In this document: positions 35,201 to 48,804 of the stretch, one piece after another
Numbering within the stretch: position 1 is the first letter of the stretch
How the letters are laid out: each line of letters opens with the position of its first letter
Assembly: GCA_004431415.1 (NCBI GenBank)
Contig: QPMI01000005.1
Span: 930,001-994,000, forward strand
Source of the DNA: Cyanophora paradoxa CCMP329
Taxonomy: Eukaryota; Plantae; Glaucophyta
Length of the DNA stretch: 64,000 nt
Reading direction: 5' to 3'
The notes under the pieces: generated by a model
Database searches by the model: none
Told to the model about the DNA's origin: nothing
What the model saw: the letters and a program-made list of their open reading frames with translations, nothing else
Position numbers and translations under genes: made by a program

Positions 35201-38200
35201 GATCTGGGAAATTCGAAGATGTAGAGCAGAGCGCTGTTAAGTCGAGGTTTAACGCCGAAGCGTATTTCAGTGCGTTCGAGATCTCATTTAGAATCCCGCT
35301 CTTGCATTTCACTCGTTATAATTAATTTTACTCGCATCACGCAGTTCCGGTTGAGCGTGTGCATTTGCAGAGAGAAGAGACCACGATTCTTGTGTGTCAG
35401 CATCCAATTCTCTCGGAAACGCTGCCAGCAACTGCTTGGTACGTTTTGCATTCCGAGCGTGCCATTTGGTCCGAAGAACAAGTTTTCCGACTTGCAGGTT
35501 GGTGTCGACGGTGCTTGGGCATCGCATTCGGATCGATATGATTAATTCTTCGCTTGACAACGCTGGCGACCTGCTGACGGTGCCGTTTGAGTCGTATAAA
35601 GGGCATTAATATATATTATCATTTACATCTGCCCGGCCTCGCTTCTGCATTACAGGTGTACGAAGGAGAGGCAGTCCGGCGCGAGATGACTCTCCGCGTG
35701 CTTGAAGGCACTTCTGCATCAGAGGCAGACCCTTTTCAATCCCGTCTGTCGGTTGCAAGCTCCTTGAATTTACTGCTGCTCACTCTGCGGCCTTCGCGAT
35801 CGAACTCGAGCGCCATTTTTGAAGTACAGTCAGGCACGTGCACGAACCGTTTCTCGTACCTTTACATGTTATTCTTTTGGTCTGCTAGGTTTACTCTGGG
35901 CGCAGTTGCAGAGCCGACCGAGCCGATCGCCCTCACAAACGCTTCTTCACGTATTCGAATCCAACGTGAAATCAGTACTTCGTCGCGCGCGGGAAAGAAA
36001 TGGTGGAGTCGTTTGCGCTGCTTTGATGATTTCATGCTTTGCATAACAGTGTATACGTATTCTTGAACAGGTTGATCACAGCTCCGGAGGGCTCCTTCGC
36101 AGAACTCGAAATTGTGAGCATCACCGCAGTCCAGCCAGTTTCTCTTTCGGTCTGTGCTTCGTAAATCGCCTTCTTTCTCTGAACGCAAATATTTCGATTC
36201 ACGTTCAATGCACAGATCTTTGACGGCACTGATGCAACCGCTCCCGTCATTCTGCGATTCAGTGGAACTACCGCGCAAATGGTGGATCTTCACTCCTCGT
36301 TGGTGTTTCGAGGCTCTGCAGGCGGCTCAAAGGCTCTGTTCGTTGTCTTCCAAGTGGAAGGCACTGGCGAGGCCGATCTGTCGGGGGCGTCTTTCCTCGA
36401 TTGCTGGGCGCAGTACGGTAAGAAGTCAATAAACAAAACATCCCCGCAGTATTATGTGAATATATATATCTCAAACCGCTTGTAATTATCCCTCGCAGTG
36501 ACGATCCTCAGAGCGAGCGAGGCGGTAAGGGCTTTGGGAGAAGGATACGTTTACGACGTCGCGCGCAAGTGGTGCGCCTCAATAGCCGGCGTCTTCTCAA
36601 GCCTTGAAGTGGCTATGGCCAGATTTCCCTGCCATAAACGCCTCGTCCCGCAGGGAGATCGTTACGTCGCCGGGCGGCCAAATTGTTCTCAAGTTCGTCA
36701 ACGCGCCGGCAGTTCAAAATGAAAACATTCTCGAGGTTTAATGTTTTTCCTGGATTGTTTACAGATCGAAATTGCCAGCATTTGCTGACAAGTCAGTCGC
36801 AGGTGACGGACGACTACGGGTTACTCCTTCGCTCCAGCGGGGATATTAATATAACAGCTTCAAATCGACCTCAGCCTTTAATCTCCCGCGGGAATAAAAT
36901 GACCGTTCGCTTTACCGTCAGCAGTGACTCAAACGTCAGCTCGAACAGCTTAGGAACGGACCTTCAGTCTTTCAGCAGAGGTTTTGCCGAATATTGGGCA
37001 GGTACGCCGCTCGCTTACAGTCAGTCCATTGGCTTTCTCATGCATGCGTCCTCCAGTCAACAATCTCATCCACGTGACGGCGGGCGCCAAGATGCTCGAT
37101 ATCTTTGACTATCGTACCTCATATGTCGATGCTTGGTGATCATGAGCGCTAGCGCAGTTGTTGAAACTCTAGTCTCCCGTGTCATGTCAACTGTGCATTA
37201 AGAGTTTTCTTGAATATTAACCGTTCATTACCCCAGGATCTTCGAGGCGCCAGCGGGTTCCAATATACTCTTTCATTTCGCTACTGTGCTTCTCAGAGAC
37301 GGCCGCGATCGAATTGCGGTTCGAACTTTTGTATCTTTTACTCCCCGATCCCGGTATCGATTCGTCCCGCAGCTGTACGAATCCCGAACTCCTCAGGACG
37401 AGAACATCCTCCAGCTCCGAGGCCAGAACACCGACGCTCGCACCCTTACAACCAATTCGAACACTGCCTACTTCTCGTTCCGAGCCGGTGGGCAAGAACG
37501 GCGACGGGCGAACGATGGCCTCGCCTGGGGCTTCCGCCTGTTTGCGATTGCTAGCTCACCCGACTGCCCCGTCGCGGTGCTAGAAGCCAGACCGTCGACA
37601 CAATCACTTGTTGTCACGAGTTCCGATTGCAAGTCTAAATGGTATTTAGCCGCTGCACTTCTTTACGATGGCTTGAACTCAAATACTTATTTACACACTA
37701 TGAATTCAGGCTAATTGATGGCTCGCAAGTCTGGAGGCGTACAAAGTTTATACTGCAGTTGCGGCTGCAGTCAATCGCGTCTGGAATGGAGCTCTATGTG
37801 CGCGGCAGTTTCCTTTGAAATCAATAAATAAAATATTTTGAACTGGCGGCTGCAGGTGTTCGACAAAGTGGATTCCGATTTCGAGCGCGGCGTGCCTGCA
37901 GCGGCGCTTTCTATCTCATCGAATACCGTTTCTCTGAATTCAGGCTTTGCCATCGTCGAATGCGCGAGCTCTGCCGGCCTGTGCTCCGATTTTGAGCTCA
38001 CCTACTCTGTTGAGCGTGCGTAATACATTTCAAACCGAGCCCGCTTGCCCTCCCGCCGACGCCTGCCGCAGCAATCTCGTTTGTACGAGAAGTCGAGCTG
38101 TCTCTGCCAGCTGCAGGGTCCGAGCAAGAGACCGTCGGCATAAGCCCGGAAATTGACGATGTCGGCGGGTATCTATCGCATCTCTACCAGACCTGGTCCG

Positions 38201-41200
38201 TACAGGAAATGCATCTGACCGTTTAACATCTGCTTATAAATTAGTTTCGAGCAGGATCATTCGGTCGCCCCCCGGAACTCGGATCGTTGCAAGCGTATCT
38301 GTTTCGTCGCACGTCGACCGCGATTTTGTCGCAATTTACGACTCGGAGCGGCTCGACCAGCAGGCCCTTCTTCTCCGAACGAGCGGGGCGGTCGATGCTC
38401 CGGCCCACGTCGCCTCTTCATCAAATGTCACATATATTGTCTTCTCCTCCGTCGCTGGTGGCAGAGCTTCAGGCATGTTCGTCGAACTTAGAGCAGGTGC
38501 CATCGATGATGCAGCCTTTGAACTCTAGATCTTCTTATATAATAACAATAATGCATGCGGCTGGTTGCAGAAAGGGCGACCTTCCTAAAGTTATCGAGGG
38601 AATTTCAATCAGAGGAAATTTCGGAGTCAGAGACGAAGACATGGTGCTTATAGCTGATGCCTAATCATTATTATTATTATAGGAGACGTGTTGATAATTA
38701 TATTTGGCCTCGCAGGTTGCTTTCAGCTTCCGATCGGGAGCGAATTTCTTTCTCGTTTATGGTAGGAGGTGGCTGGACACGCACACAGGTGCAATATTAA
38801 TGCGTCCAGTACTTTGCCGGATTCGGTTCTTGCGTGGAATTCACCTCTTGGCAGATCTATGATGGATGTTGTGCATCGGAGAGAGTTCTGTATTCAAAGC
38901 TGTTCAATGCGGCTGCGGCGACTGCAGAAGTGACCATACAAAGCACCGGAAACTTGCTTCTGATTGTTTTCGAATCCGGAGGCGGCTGGATCAACGCATC
39001 ATACACTGTCGGTTCGCTGAGCAGTGGTTTCGATTTATCGACTCTTCGGGGGCGCTAATGTTCAATAGAGCTCTTCAACGTCTCGGCGTACACTTCACTC
39101 ATTTGTTCTGATGAGTCGCAATCCTTGGTCTTTGACATGAGCGAGACTTCATTGAATGCGTCACGAGCACCCTCTGAGAGTTGGTCGGCGCTCTCGCAAC
39201 AAGGAGATTCGTTGATATTGTTTTAGGTGACCTTTCATCCTTTGTTTAGGTTGATTCGATCGAAGCCGGGAACTGTGCCCTTGCTCGTCTTCAAGTCCGT
39301 GTTCATTGAAGAAAACCTCGAAATCCTTGCCGTGCGCTTATTTTACTTCAGCCGTGGATATTAGACACAGCTTCAATCTGAACCCGGTACCGCACACAGG
39401 TTTACGACGACGCGTGGCCAAATCCCTCGACGTTACGCCAGAAAATCAACGGAGAGGCTGCAAGCGAGTCCTTGTTAATTCGTGGGACTTCAGACTCACT
39501 GTTCGTACTCTTTGCTGCATCCGCATCCAAAGCCCTATTGGCTGGTATCAAGTTCGAGGCCGAGTATCGGTCATGTGAGTATCAGCTCCACGTGAGCTCG
39601 CCGCTTTTCCGCTAAATTGATTGTTTTCTTTTATCAGACGATCCGCTTGCGCTGGAATCGCCTGCATCCTTTGTAGTGTCTCTCGATGCAGAGCCAGAGC
39701 GGTCTTACAATCTACTAGGTTTTGAGCGGCATTGCTTACATCAGGGTTCAAAAAGCTGGTGCGAACTAAATATTATGATGTGCAGTTATGGACAGCGTAT
39801 GGACACTTTTTGGTTGTTAGGGCTGTGCGGTCAACACAAGGACCGATAGCCTTCCGGCTGCTGCAGTTTTCGCTTGCGAGCGACTCTGTAATAAAGGTTT
39901 GTGCTGTATGCTAGCTCGTCAGAGGTACCGGTTTCGCAATTGCAGGTCCCAACTAACAAAGCACGTGAATTTCGAAGGTGTACGATTCGTCGGATCCCGC
40001 CTACTCCGTCGAAATCGGGAGTTTCGCCGGAGGCAATGCGACGGGGCGGCCCCTCTTTGTCTCTCCTTCGGCGAGCCTCCTAGTTGTTCTGCTCTGCAAC
40101 GCTGGGAACGAAGCCGTCGGCGGGAGCTTTTCGGCTGCTGTGTGGCAAGGTCCGTACTAATAGCGTTTTTAGGCGTACTTCGTCGCTCATGAAACTCCTC
40201 ATGCAACCTTAAATAAAGTTCGCGATGAGAACATTGTGATGCACGCCGACCTTCGACATATCGAGGAGGCCACCACTGCTCAGAATATCGAAGGCGTTGC
40301 TTTGCAATATTTCGAAGATGACGACGCGTGCTGGGCCATGCGTACGTCCTTCGATTAAAACATTTCTTGGCACTGCTTGGATTTGTTATTTGCTAATTTG
40401 CAATATCGAACCCTTTTCTTAGCTCCTCGCCGGGAAATGTTGAATTCCCATGGGCTCAATCGAACAAGCCGAGCCCCCAAGGCGGCAGTTCCGGGCTCGT
40501 TCACTGTCTTTCCTGTTCGAGCTTTCATGCAACCTTTGAAGTCATACTGTCAATGACAAAAGCTCTGCGCAGCTCCCCTCTAGTCCAGGGGCATTCTTCA
40601 AGGCTACAATAGCTCTCACGACACCCGCTAAAACGTCACAGGAGTGGCTTTCGAGCCTCAGCTTCGCATTCGGCAGCATGCCGAGCTCGATGTGCAAGGA
40701 CGCCCAGTCGTATAGGCAGCTGAGATCCTTCTACTCCGCAGACTCGGGCTCCCTTACGGTGCATGCGTGCTGCATTCTTGAGCAATCTCTGAAATTAATG
40801 AGTTTAATCAGGGGGTCTCGGTGGCTCTGCGCTTTGATGACCGCGCCCCTGCGTCGCCGCTGGTGTCCGACGTGCGGCCTGGCGTCGGAGCGTACGACGG
40901 CAGCCGCACGCGCGGCTTCAAAACCCAGCGGGCTTCCCTGCCGACATCAGTCGAGACATTCTATCCGGCAGTCATCGACGCCCGACCAAACGTGACGGAT
41001 GCCGTGTCATCCCTCCGGCAATGGCGAGCGCATATGTGGCTGGCGCCGATTGCATCGGATCCGAAGCGCGCGGAGCTCACGTTTTCTACCAGTACCGCTG
41101 AGGGGAGCGGGAGCACCTTGATGAGCAGGTTCGAATCGCGTTTGGTCGAGTTTCTGTAAATAAGCTTCGAGTTGTGCTAATTGCGCTTTCTTTCCGAGCA

Positions 41201-44200
41201 GAAGAGTTGTTCAGAATACCTTGGGATTGTCGCAAAATCTGGCGTTTATTGTGGGGGCTCGCGCATCGGTGAGTTAATCTCTTGCTGAAACTTTGTGTAT
41301 TTAATTGAACGATACCTTTTTCTGCGCTCGAATCGCAGAACGTTATAAAGATAGACAGCGTTGCAATTGTGAAAGGTGCGCATCGGTGTTTGTTTTCGAT
41401 TCTGCAGAGCCATTTTTACGGAGCTATGCATGCGCAGCTGGTAGCATATCGTCTGTCTACAGAAACCGCGGCGCAATGGAGGGCGGCAACATCGTGACGA
41501 TCGCCGGTTAGAGCTTGGTTTTTATAGCTTCTTTCTCTTCACATCGCATTCATTTCAATACTCTCGCCCAACGCAAAGGCGAACGGCTCGGAGTAGACAC
41601 GACGCCCTCCGATATCTACCGCGTCGATCTTTGCGGCGTCCCTGCCCAAGAGATTGTGCGCGCTGGCCTGAACCGATTGCTTGTGTTTGAAGTCTGACAG
41701 TTTCCAGGTGTTCAGTAACAGCTCCCTCGTTGTGGTGCGGGCAGGCGACGCGCGGAGGGTCGCGCTGTCGCAGTTTACAGGCGAGGTGGCCGTCTACTCA
41801 AGACTCTTCGCTCGCACGATCAGCTCTCCAGGGGCGTATTCGTATCTGGATCGTGCGTTGATATTTGCTTAAGCATAGCTTGCAATAGAACCGCGTAGCA
41901 TTAAACACTCACGGCCGGTGGTCAGCTGGAATCATCACCTCCGTCGAGCCATATTATTTCGGGCCCTACCACGGCGGAAACATTGGTTCGCATGCACTTT
42001 CTTCTGCGAGAGCTGAAAACAGAGGCGGCCGATTGAACACAAACTCGCACAGTCACGATAAGCGGCGAGTCCTTTGCGGAAGTGTGGGACTCGGTTTCGG
42101 AAGTGCGCTTCGGGAATGCCAGCGCTCTCATTCTGCAGGACCCGCCTCCCTCGGACCGCATGGTGGTGGTCGTCACCCCGCCGCTCGCGGTCAACGCGAC
42201 ATCGGGGGCGTCCGTCGCCATATCGGTCTCGTCTGCCTCGCGCGGCAGCACCGAAGTTACAGGCTGCTCGCGCTGCACGTACGTCTACAATCCGGCCTGC
42301 GAGATCCTTTCCGTCTCTCCAGCCAGTGGCAAGCTAGCGGGCGGCTCGACGGTGACTCTCTCCGGCAAGTTCTACGACCCGACGACCGTGGAATCCGTGA
42401 GTTTTGCAGGAGTTGCAATTGATGCAGCCCGTGGGATTAAGAGCCGCCTTTCGGAATCTCTTGTTCTAATTACGAGCCCTGGCTCAAGCACGGACCCCGG
42501 CCGAATCGACGTGCGGTCCTCGTCACACGGGGATTGCACCGGAGAGGTTCTGTTTACGTACAACGAGCCCCCACGAGTGCTTTCGATCGCACCGGACCAC
42601 GGGCCTCGGAACGTGGCGCAGGCTAGCGTCACAATCACCGGAGAAATGCTTGCTGACGATATTGCCGATGTTGTGTCCGTCCAGCTGATTTGTGCTGACG
42701 AAGGCACGAGCGTGTCACTTTCAGCAGAGGTTCTGCGGGCGAACGCATCGACTCTGGTGATTGCAATGCCTGCACTCGCCAGTCGCCTGGACACTTCGCA
42801 GACAGCACAGTGCAGCGTCGTTACGGAGTCTGTCAGTCGCGGAATCGGTGTCCTCGACAATGCCTTCCAGTTTCACGCTGCCCCAGGCGTGTACTCGGCG
42901 CAGGTCGTTGCTCCAGCCGCGAGCGACGATGACCCAACGCTCTTGGAAGTGACCGTAGTTGATGTTGACTTCTCGGTCGCTGTTCTTAGCGCCTGCGGCC
43001 TTCCTTGTGTTGTTCTCGATCAAGAGGAGCTTCAGCCGCGCGAAGGCTCTGTGAAAGTCAATGCGGCTGCCTACAGGTGCGCATGCTTTGTAATAAATTT
43101 ACTGTTCGGTCAGAAACGTTTGATTGTCATTGGGTTTGCAGGATTCCCGCCCCGCTCAGAAGCAACATTGCTCTGGGAGACGTCTCAGTCCAGTTTCAGG
43201 CAGTTCCCTTCTGCTCCGTGCTGTCCGCGTCGCCTGCGTTTGGCAATCTCGACGGCGGCACACAGCTTGTCGTCTCAGTCGATTCGGCTTTACCCGACAA
43301 CAGCGTGGTCGCGACGCAAGTGTTCCTAGCGGGAGTTGAAGCCAATATCAACGCTCAGTCGAATCACTCCGTCTCTGTTACCGCTGCAGCGTCAACTAGC
43401 AGCGCTTCGTTTGTTGGGGCGGTGCTCGTCAGAGTTTCGACTGGAGAGTGGTGTGTCCCTTCTTCGGATGTGCGATTCGCGTATCGTGGGAAGGGCAGGA
43501 TCGAGAACATCGTGCCTCAGCATGGACCCAATCTTGGCGGAGTGCGTGCAGTCCGTTGAATGTAATAGTTGCTGCGCATCCCATAGCTGATCTTTGTACC
43601 GCAGTACCCGGTATCTGTGATAGGATGCGACATAGCAGACGATGCGAATGACATAGCTCAGTTCACCTTGGAGTGCTCAGGCGCAAGCCCCGTTGCAATT
43701 GCATCGGACGATTACGAATGGCTAGGTCCGGAGCAGCTTGCAGGGCAAGAAGAATGGGCTTTCGTCAACTCGACGTGCCCTCTCGAGCTCCACACGGCCC
43801 TCATTATTTGGACTATGCCTCCGGCCTCGTCTTCCCTGCAGCAGTCCTGTATTCTGCGCGTCGTTTCATCAGCCCGCGGCTTCATTGTTTCCCCTTCTGC
43901 TTTTACCTACCATGCTGGTGCGCATCTGCAGCATACACACGTTGTAATAAATCCAACCGCTGGGCGCAGCCGCTGGCTTTGCATCCGGGCCCGAGCCGGC
44001 AAAAGGCTACATAGAGGGAGGGACCCTCGTGACTCTCACTGGCGTCGACCTCTTAGATACAATTGAGACATCTTTCAACAGAAGCGGTGCCGAAACAGAT
44101 TCGATCCCCGTCTTCTTCTTCACTTTGGCTGGTGTCGCAGCTCTACTGCATTCAATAACGGTTCTTGACGAAACGCGCGGGGAAATACAAGTGATAGTTC

Positions 44201-47200
44201 AAACGGGAAGGCGCGTTGACGAATCCAAGCGTCTCTATACGAGTCCACCATATAATTAACACGTACGAATTCGCACACAGGCTTGATGAGTCTCTGTTAG
44301 CTTCAAGCTTTGATTCTGAAGTCCACGTGCACGGTCCAGCGACTTTGAGGGACAGAGAAAGGTCTTTTACAAGTTCAGCTAATTTCACATACGAGGTGCA
44401 CAGTTTTGCAAGTCTTGTGTTTGCATTCTTCAAACCTTTTTGGGGCTTACGCGGGCTTTTCGTAGGGAATTTATGCCGTTACTCCGAAGTTCCTTCCGAT
44501 TGATGCGGCCTCAAGGCTGATCACGATCTTCGGGCTCGGCCTCCTCTCGGGAACTGCTGGAGACAGCATATATGCGAGAACGCCAGGCGTCACGGTTGCG
44601 GGCTTTGCCTGTGATGTCGAATACTCCGATGAGCGGGGCGCCGACCGGGCATCTCTTCTTGTGACGCTTCCGAGCGCGTCATCGCTTTTCGCAGCAGGCG
44701 TCCGGACAGGGCCGGTCGAGCTCGCTGTCACAGTGACCCGCGGTGGGCGTGCCTTCCGAACAGCGCGCCGGGAGGCATTTCAGTTCGTCGGGATCGACGA
44801 GATTTATCCAAGAGCGTGTTCCGTTGCCGGCAACATGACCGTCGTTGTCAGAGGTTCTTCTTTTATTCACATGAATTTCAGCTCTGCGATATAATCAAAA
44901 TCGCGCTCTTTAGGCACGTCCCTCACGCCATCTTCGAATCCGAGCGACTACGTCGTATCGATTGGAGAAGCAATCCTCACCGTTGTGGGAATTGATGTCA
45001 ACTCGTCCTCGATCTTTGCATTCGTCCCCGCTTATCCCCAATTCGCGATGAGCTCCGGCGTATACGATGTCTCCGTCCGAGTCAGCGCCCAGTCAGGCGT
45101 CGCCACCCTCATTCGCCCCTCAGCGTTTACGGTGTACGGAATCGATGCCGTTTCGCCTCAAGAAGGGCCGCTGGAAGGCGGGACGCCCGTGACCCTTGCT
45201 GGAATCTGGCCCGCCGGATCACCCACATGCTCCATCAATGGCGTGCCAGCAATCGTCGAGCCGACCTCCGGCTTGAATAATTCTTTGCCACAACCAGTGT
45301 ACCAGCGCCGAGCAGTTGTTCTTTCAACCGGAGACGCGCGCACCGCTGGCGTTCCTGCCGGCAACGGTTCCGTCTCGTGCCTCGTGGATGGGGTGTCTGT
45401 CGGCTCCCAAGGCCCCCGCGGCTCGTTCACGTACACGGGCGTGCATGCCATCCAGCCGGCAACAGTGGATTTATCGGAAGCGAAGACGGTGCACGCCTAT
45501 GACTGTGCCAATAAGCTACTGGAGATGAAAGGTTTTGCAGATTACCCTTTTTGGCGCGCACCTCGTCTCAAGCGTTGAGCGGGCGACGGTCGTCGTATCG
45601 ATGGACGGAAGCCAAGTCCGCTCGCTGCCCGTTGACTCTGCAGCACTGCGCCTGTCGACTCTGAAGAGCGACGGGTCCCACGTGCGTTCGGCTGCTGAGA
45701 TGCTCCCTTTCAAATAGACTCGAAATTTGAATGTCGCTAATTTAATAAGCTCGTTACAACTTTAACAAATCGATGACCTCATTTACAGGAGCTGGAGATC
45801 TCCTTACCTGACACGTCGTCGCTTGGAACTGGGCGCCTTGGCGTCACAATAACAGATAGCATCTATGGAACGAAGTTTACGGCAGCCATGATCGGAGTGG
45901 AGGTGCAAGGCATCGACCGGGTCATTCCATCAGAAGGTCGGCTTTATTCCGAAGGAAAGATGTTGCGGTGATGCGAATATCGACAACACCGCAGGGTCTG
46001 TGCGGGGTGGGGAGCGCGTCTCCATTCTCGGTCGGGGTATGGTGCCCGATGCAGCTGACGTGGAAAATCTTACTGTCTCCCTGGGAGGCACTCCCGCACG
46101 CGTCATTGCTGTGAGGAACGTCTCAGAAGCGCAGCTGATCGAAGTAGAGACCGGCTCTGTCTGCAACATCCGACCTTTGCGTGATGCGATCGGCGGTCTC
46201 GTACGCACTGAAATATCGTCGAGCTCCGGTTTTATTCGACGCCTTCGCGTGTTTACCTACTCCGGCCTGTGTCCGGAACCGGGAGGGATGACGGCAGACC
46301 TGGCGGATGCGTACGACGGTGGATTTGCTCTGGTCTTCGTGTTCAGTATCCCATTCGAGCAGGCCCTCCTCGAGTCGTCGCGGCACGGGAATGTTGTGCT
46401 CCAAAAGCTTGCAGAGGCTTTAAATGTACCGCGGGACAGTCTACGCGTATCCTTGATAGCGTCCGGATCGGCAAAGTTTTTCGTTCAGATAACGGAAGAG
46501 TCCTACAAATCAATTGTGAGGAGCCGATTCGAGGTGCTTTATTCCCGTTGCCTCGTAGAATATTAAATCGCGTTCAAGCGATGTCGTTCAGGATCTCCTC
46601 GCGGGCAACGGGCTGCAGACTCTCTTCGCCGATCCCGAATACAGCCTCGTCCAGCAGCCGAGCCTGATCAGCGGCTCGCAATCGGCGCTGCTCCCTGTGC
46701 GCTGGGGCTGTAGTCGTCACTACGCAGCTGGCGACGGATGCGACTGCGGGTGCGGCGCCTTTGACGGGGATTGCGCGTCAATCAGAGGACTGGCCGAGGC
46801 GGACGTCATGTGCTCTACCACCGGCTCGCGGTGCGTTGAATGTTCATGTGCTAGCTGGCATCTCGAAAGTCGATCAATTGATTTCTTTCTTTTACGTATA
46901 CGTTCTTTAATTGCGATTGCACTTGCAGGTACCCTGCCGTGTTCGAAGCCAATGACACCGCGGCTGTCGGTCCCTGTGCCTTCTGTCCAGTTCCCGTTCC
47001 CCCAGCTTTGGAAGCGAGCGCCGGTGTCGAGCGGGTGTTCGTTTGGTACTCGCCTCTTCGCTGTTCTGGAGGCCTTTGTTGGGGCGGCGACGATATGCTC
47101 AACGACGGCTCTTATGAGAGGCCCTTCGAGACTATTGCGAGGGCGCTGCACCGCGCCGCCGGCGCCGCTCGCACTGTGGTCTTGATGCCGGGTCGGCACG

Positions 47201-47960
47201 AGGCGTCCATTTGTCGCTCAGGATTCTGGATGGCAGTGTCCGACGAGGGGAAGGCGACCGACCTGCGAATCACATCTCTCAGCGGGGCTGCGTTTACCAT
47301 CATCGATATGGCAGGAGAGTGCGGCTTCGTTAATGTTACGCTACTAAATCCAGGCAGCCGTCTTGCGGTTTCAGGCATCACGTTCGTGGGGGGCAATGCG
47401 GGCCCTGTCCTGCATGTGTCGGCCGCGGACACAGTGCAGATTTCCATTCAAGATTGCATCTTCAGCGGCTCGGGTAATTATTACGACGCCTCCGCAAACA
47501 TCAGCTCGTCAATGTCTCTGTCTGCGACTCGGGGCGAAGGAGTCGTTGTCGCCGAGGGAGGAGGCGGGCTCAGCATCAGCCGCACCTCTTTTCTCAATCT
47601 TCGCAACCCCCGCATGCAAGGCGCGGTGGTGGCGTCGGGTGTCGGCACACTCGTCGCTGAAGGCTCTACCTTCTCCGGCAATCGTTTCGCGGGGCCCGGG
47701 GCCGCGCTCTCTGCAGAGCGCGTCGGTGCCGTCCGCATCCTTTCCAGCAACTTTGCTGACAACGTGGCTGAGCAGTGCGCTTTTTTCAGCAATATTGAAA
47801 CGCGCGTTAGGTATTGAACGCCGTTTGCAGATCGGCGGGAGGCGCCTGCTATTTCGCCGCTGATGTCATCGAGATTAGTTACAGCACATTCGAGAGGAAC
47901 GAAGCGCATCTCCGGAGCTTTGAGCCCTCTGCCCACGACGGCGGTGGTGCACTCAGTGTC
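26297..47960 (+). CDS. Giant multi-exon secreted/surface protein gene (signal peptide, LamG-like, FN3, WD40, CUB-like, IPT/TIG repeats, SEA-like, Cys-rich CDCGCG, right-handed beta-helix); 3' end not found
   Basis: Many short GT..AG introns. Signal peptide at ATG 26297, LAEIRMWAAALTAAEV (LamG-like), further domains as listed below. Continuity as a single gene is inferred, not proven. Confidence 0.6.
31471..32565 (+). CDS. Exon encoding fibronectin type III-like repeats
   Basis: LEDAHLDPGSVYEYSLVAY and FTDTGVKPGRTYTYTATY. Confidence 0.75.
33470..34723 (+). CDS. Large exon encoding a WD40 beta-propeller
   Basis: IATGTSDGAVQLWN, AHSGKVNAVDISADGALLVSASSDASTRLW, GHAAGVTAIVFTSDSRQLFTSSIDGLVRAF. 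Ends at a GT donor (GAAG|GTGC). Confidence 0.85.
41462..46260 (+). CDS. Exons encoding multiple IPT/TIG domains
   Basis: ILSVSPASGKLAGGSTVTLSG, VLSIAPDHGP, VSPQEGPLEGGTPVTLAG, repeated FTY/FQF ends. Confidence 0.8.
46929..47960 (+). CDS. Exons encoding right-handed beta-helix / PMP-like repeats
   Basis: DGSYERPFETIARAL, VVLMPGRH, AVSGITFVGG, FSGN..GPGAAL, FADNVA, GGA, FERNEA..GGGAL. Confidence 0.75.
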
Positions 47961-48244
47961 CGTGTCGCATGGCTCGATTCCCTGGCCTCGCGGTGACTTA
48001 GTGACTAGAGCTAGTTGGTGCCTGACGCAGTCTACGGTGCCTTAGCATAGTCTCTCTTCCTGTAGGTTTACCTCGCGGTAGCCTACGCTGGCCTGCCTCT
48101 ACCTATCCTAGGGGTACAGTGTCAGTAGTCTTCCGGGTACACAGAGAATACACCAGCCTGCATCTACAGCTGCTCCAGCACAGGGAGCCGGCCCCGCGCT
48201 GGACCGCGCGGGCGCCCAATCGGGTGGGAATCCTCCTATCCGAC

Positions 48245-48804
48245 ATTTACGCCTCGCTTCATTCGAATGCAGAAGACCTAGCTATCTCACGCCTGGCACT
48301 GCTTAGCTAGATGCACGGGATAGCGCATCAGGTTGGGCCCTGAGGTACGGCAGCTCAAGGCTGCTTTCCCGGGAACCACGTATCATAATACGTTGGCGAT
48401 CGACCAGGGCGGATCGCCGTATGCCATTCCGGCCTCGCCCTTGCGAGTTCCGGAACAAGAACTCTCCGGGGTAAGCGCGCTAGGCGCCTGTACCCCGGGG
48501 AGGGCCGTTGCGGGTCGAGACGGTGTACCCCGCTCGGGGGTACTCCTCTCGGGGCCGTCGCGGGGCCGATCGGGGTACCCCGCTCGGGGGTACACTTGAT
48601 CGGGGCCGCTCTGACGCCGTACCCCTCTCCGGGGTACGCGTTCGGCCTCGGGCCGCGCCTTGTGGGGCCGGTTGGGGCGAACAGCGTACCCCGGGGAGGG
48701 GTACGCGGTTTCTTCCGGGTTCGGGGATCCGAAGCCGGGTACCGCCGCCGGAGGCCGCGGGGGTGAGCGTAGCGAACGCAGCACGAATGCAGTACCCCCT
48801 ACCA
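48245..48804 (-). repeat. Split direct repeat B2 (560 bp)
   Basis: Matches 49768-50327 (offset 1523). Confidence 0.92.

Larger units (their letters stand above)
25215..36320 (+). repeat. Copy 2 of an ~11.1-kb tandem duplication
   Basis: Same ORF series. The differences I found are single-base indels. Confidence 0.95.
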
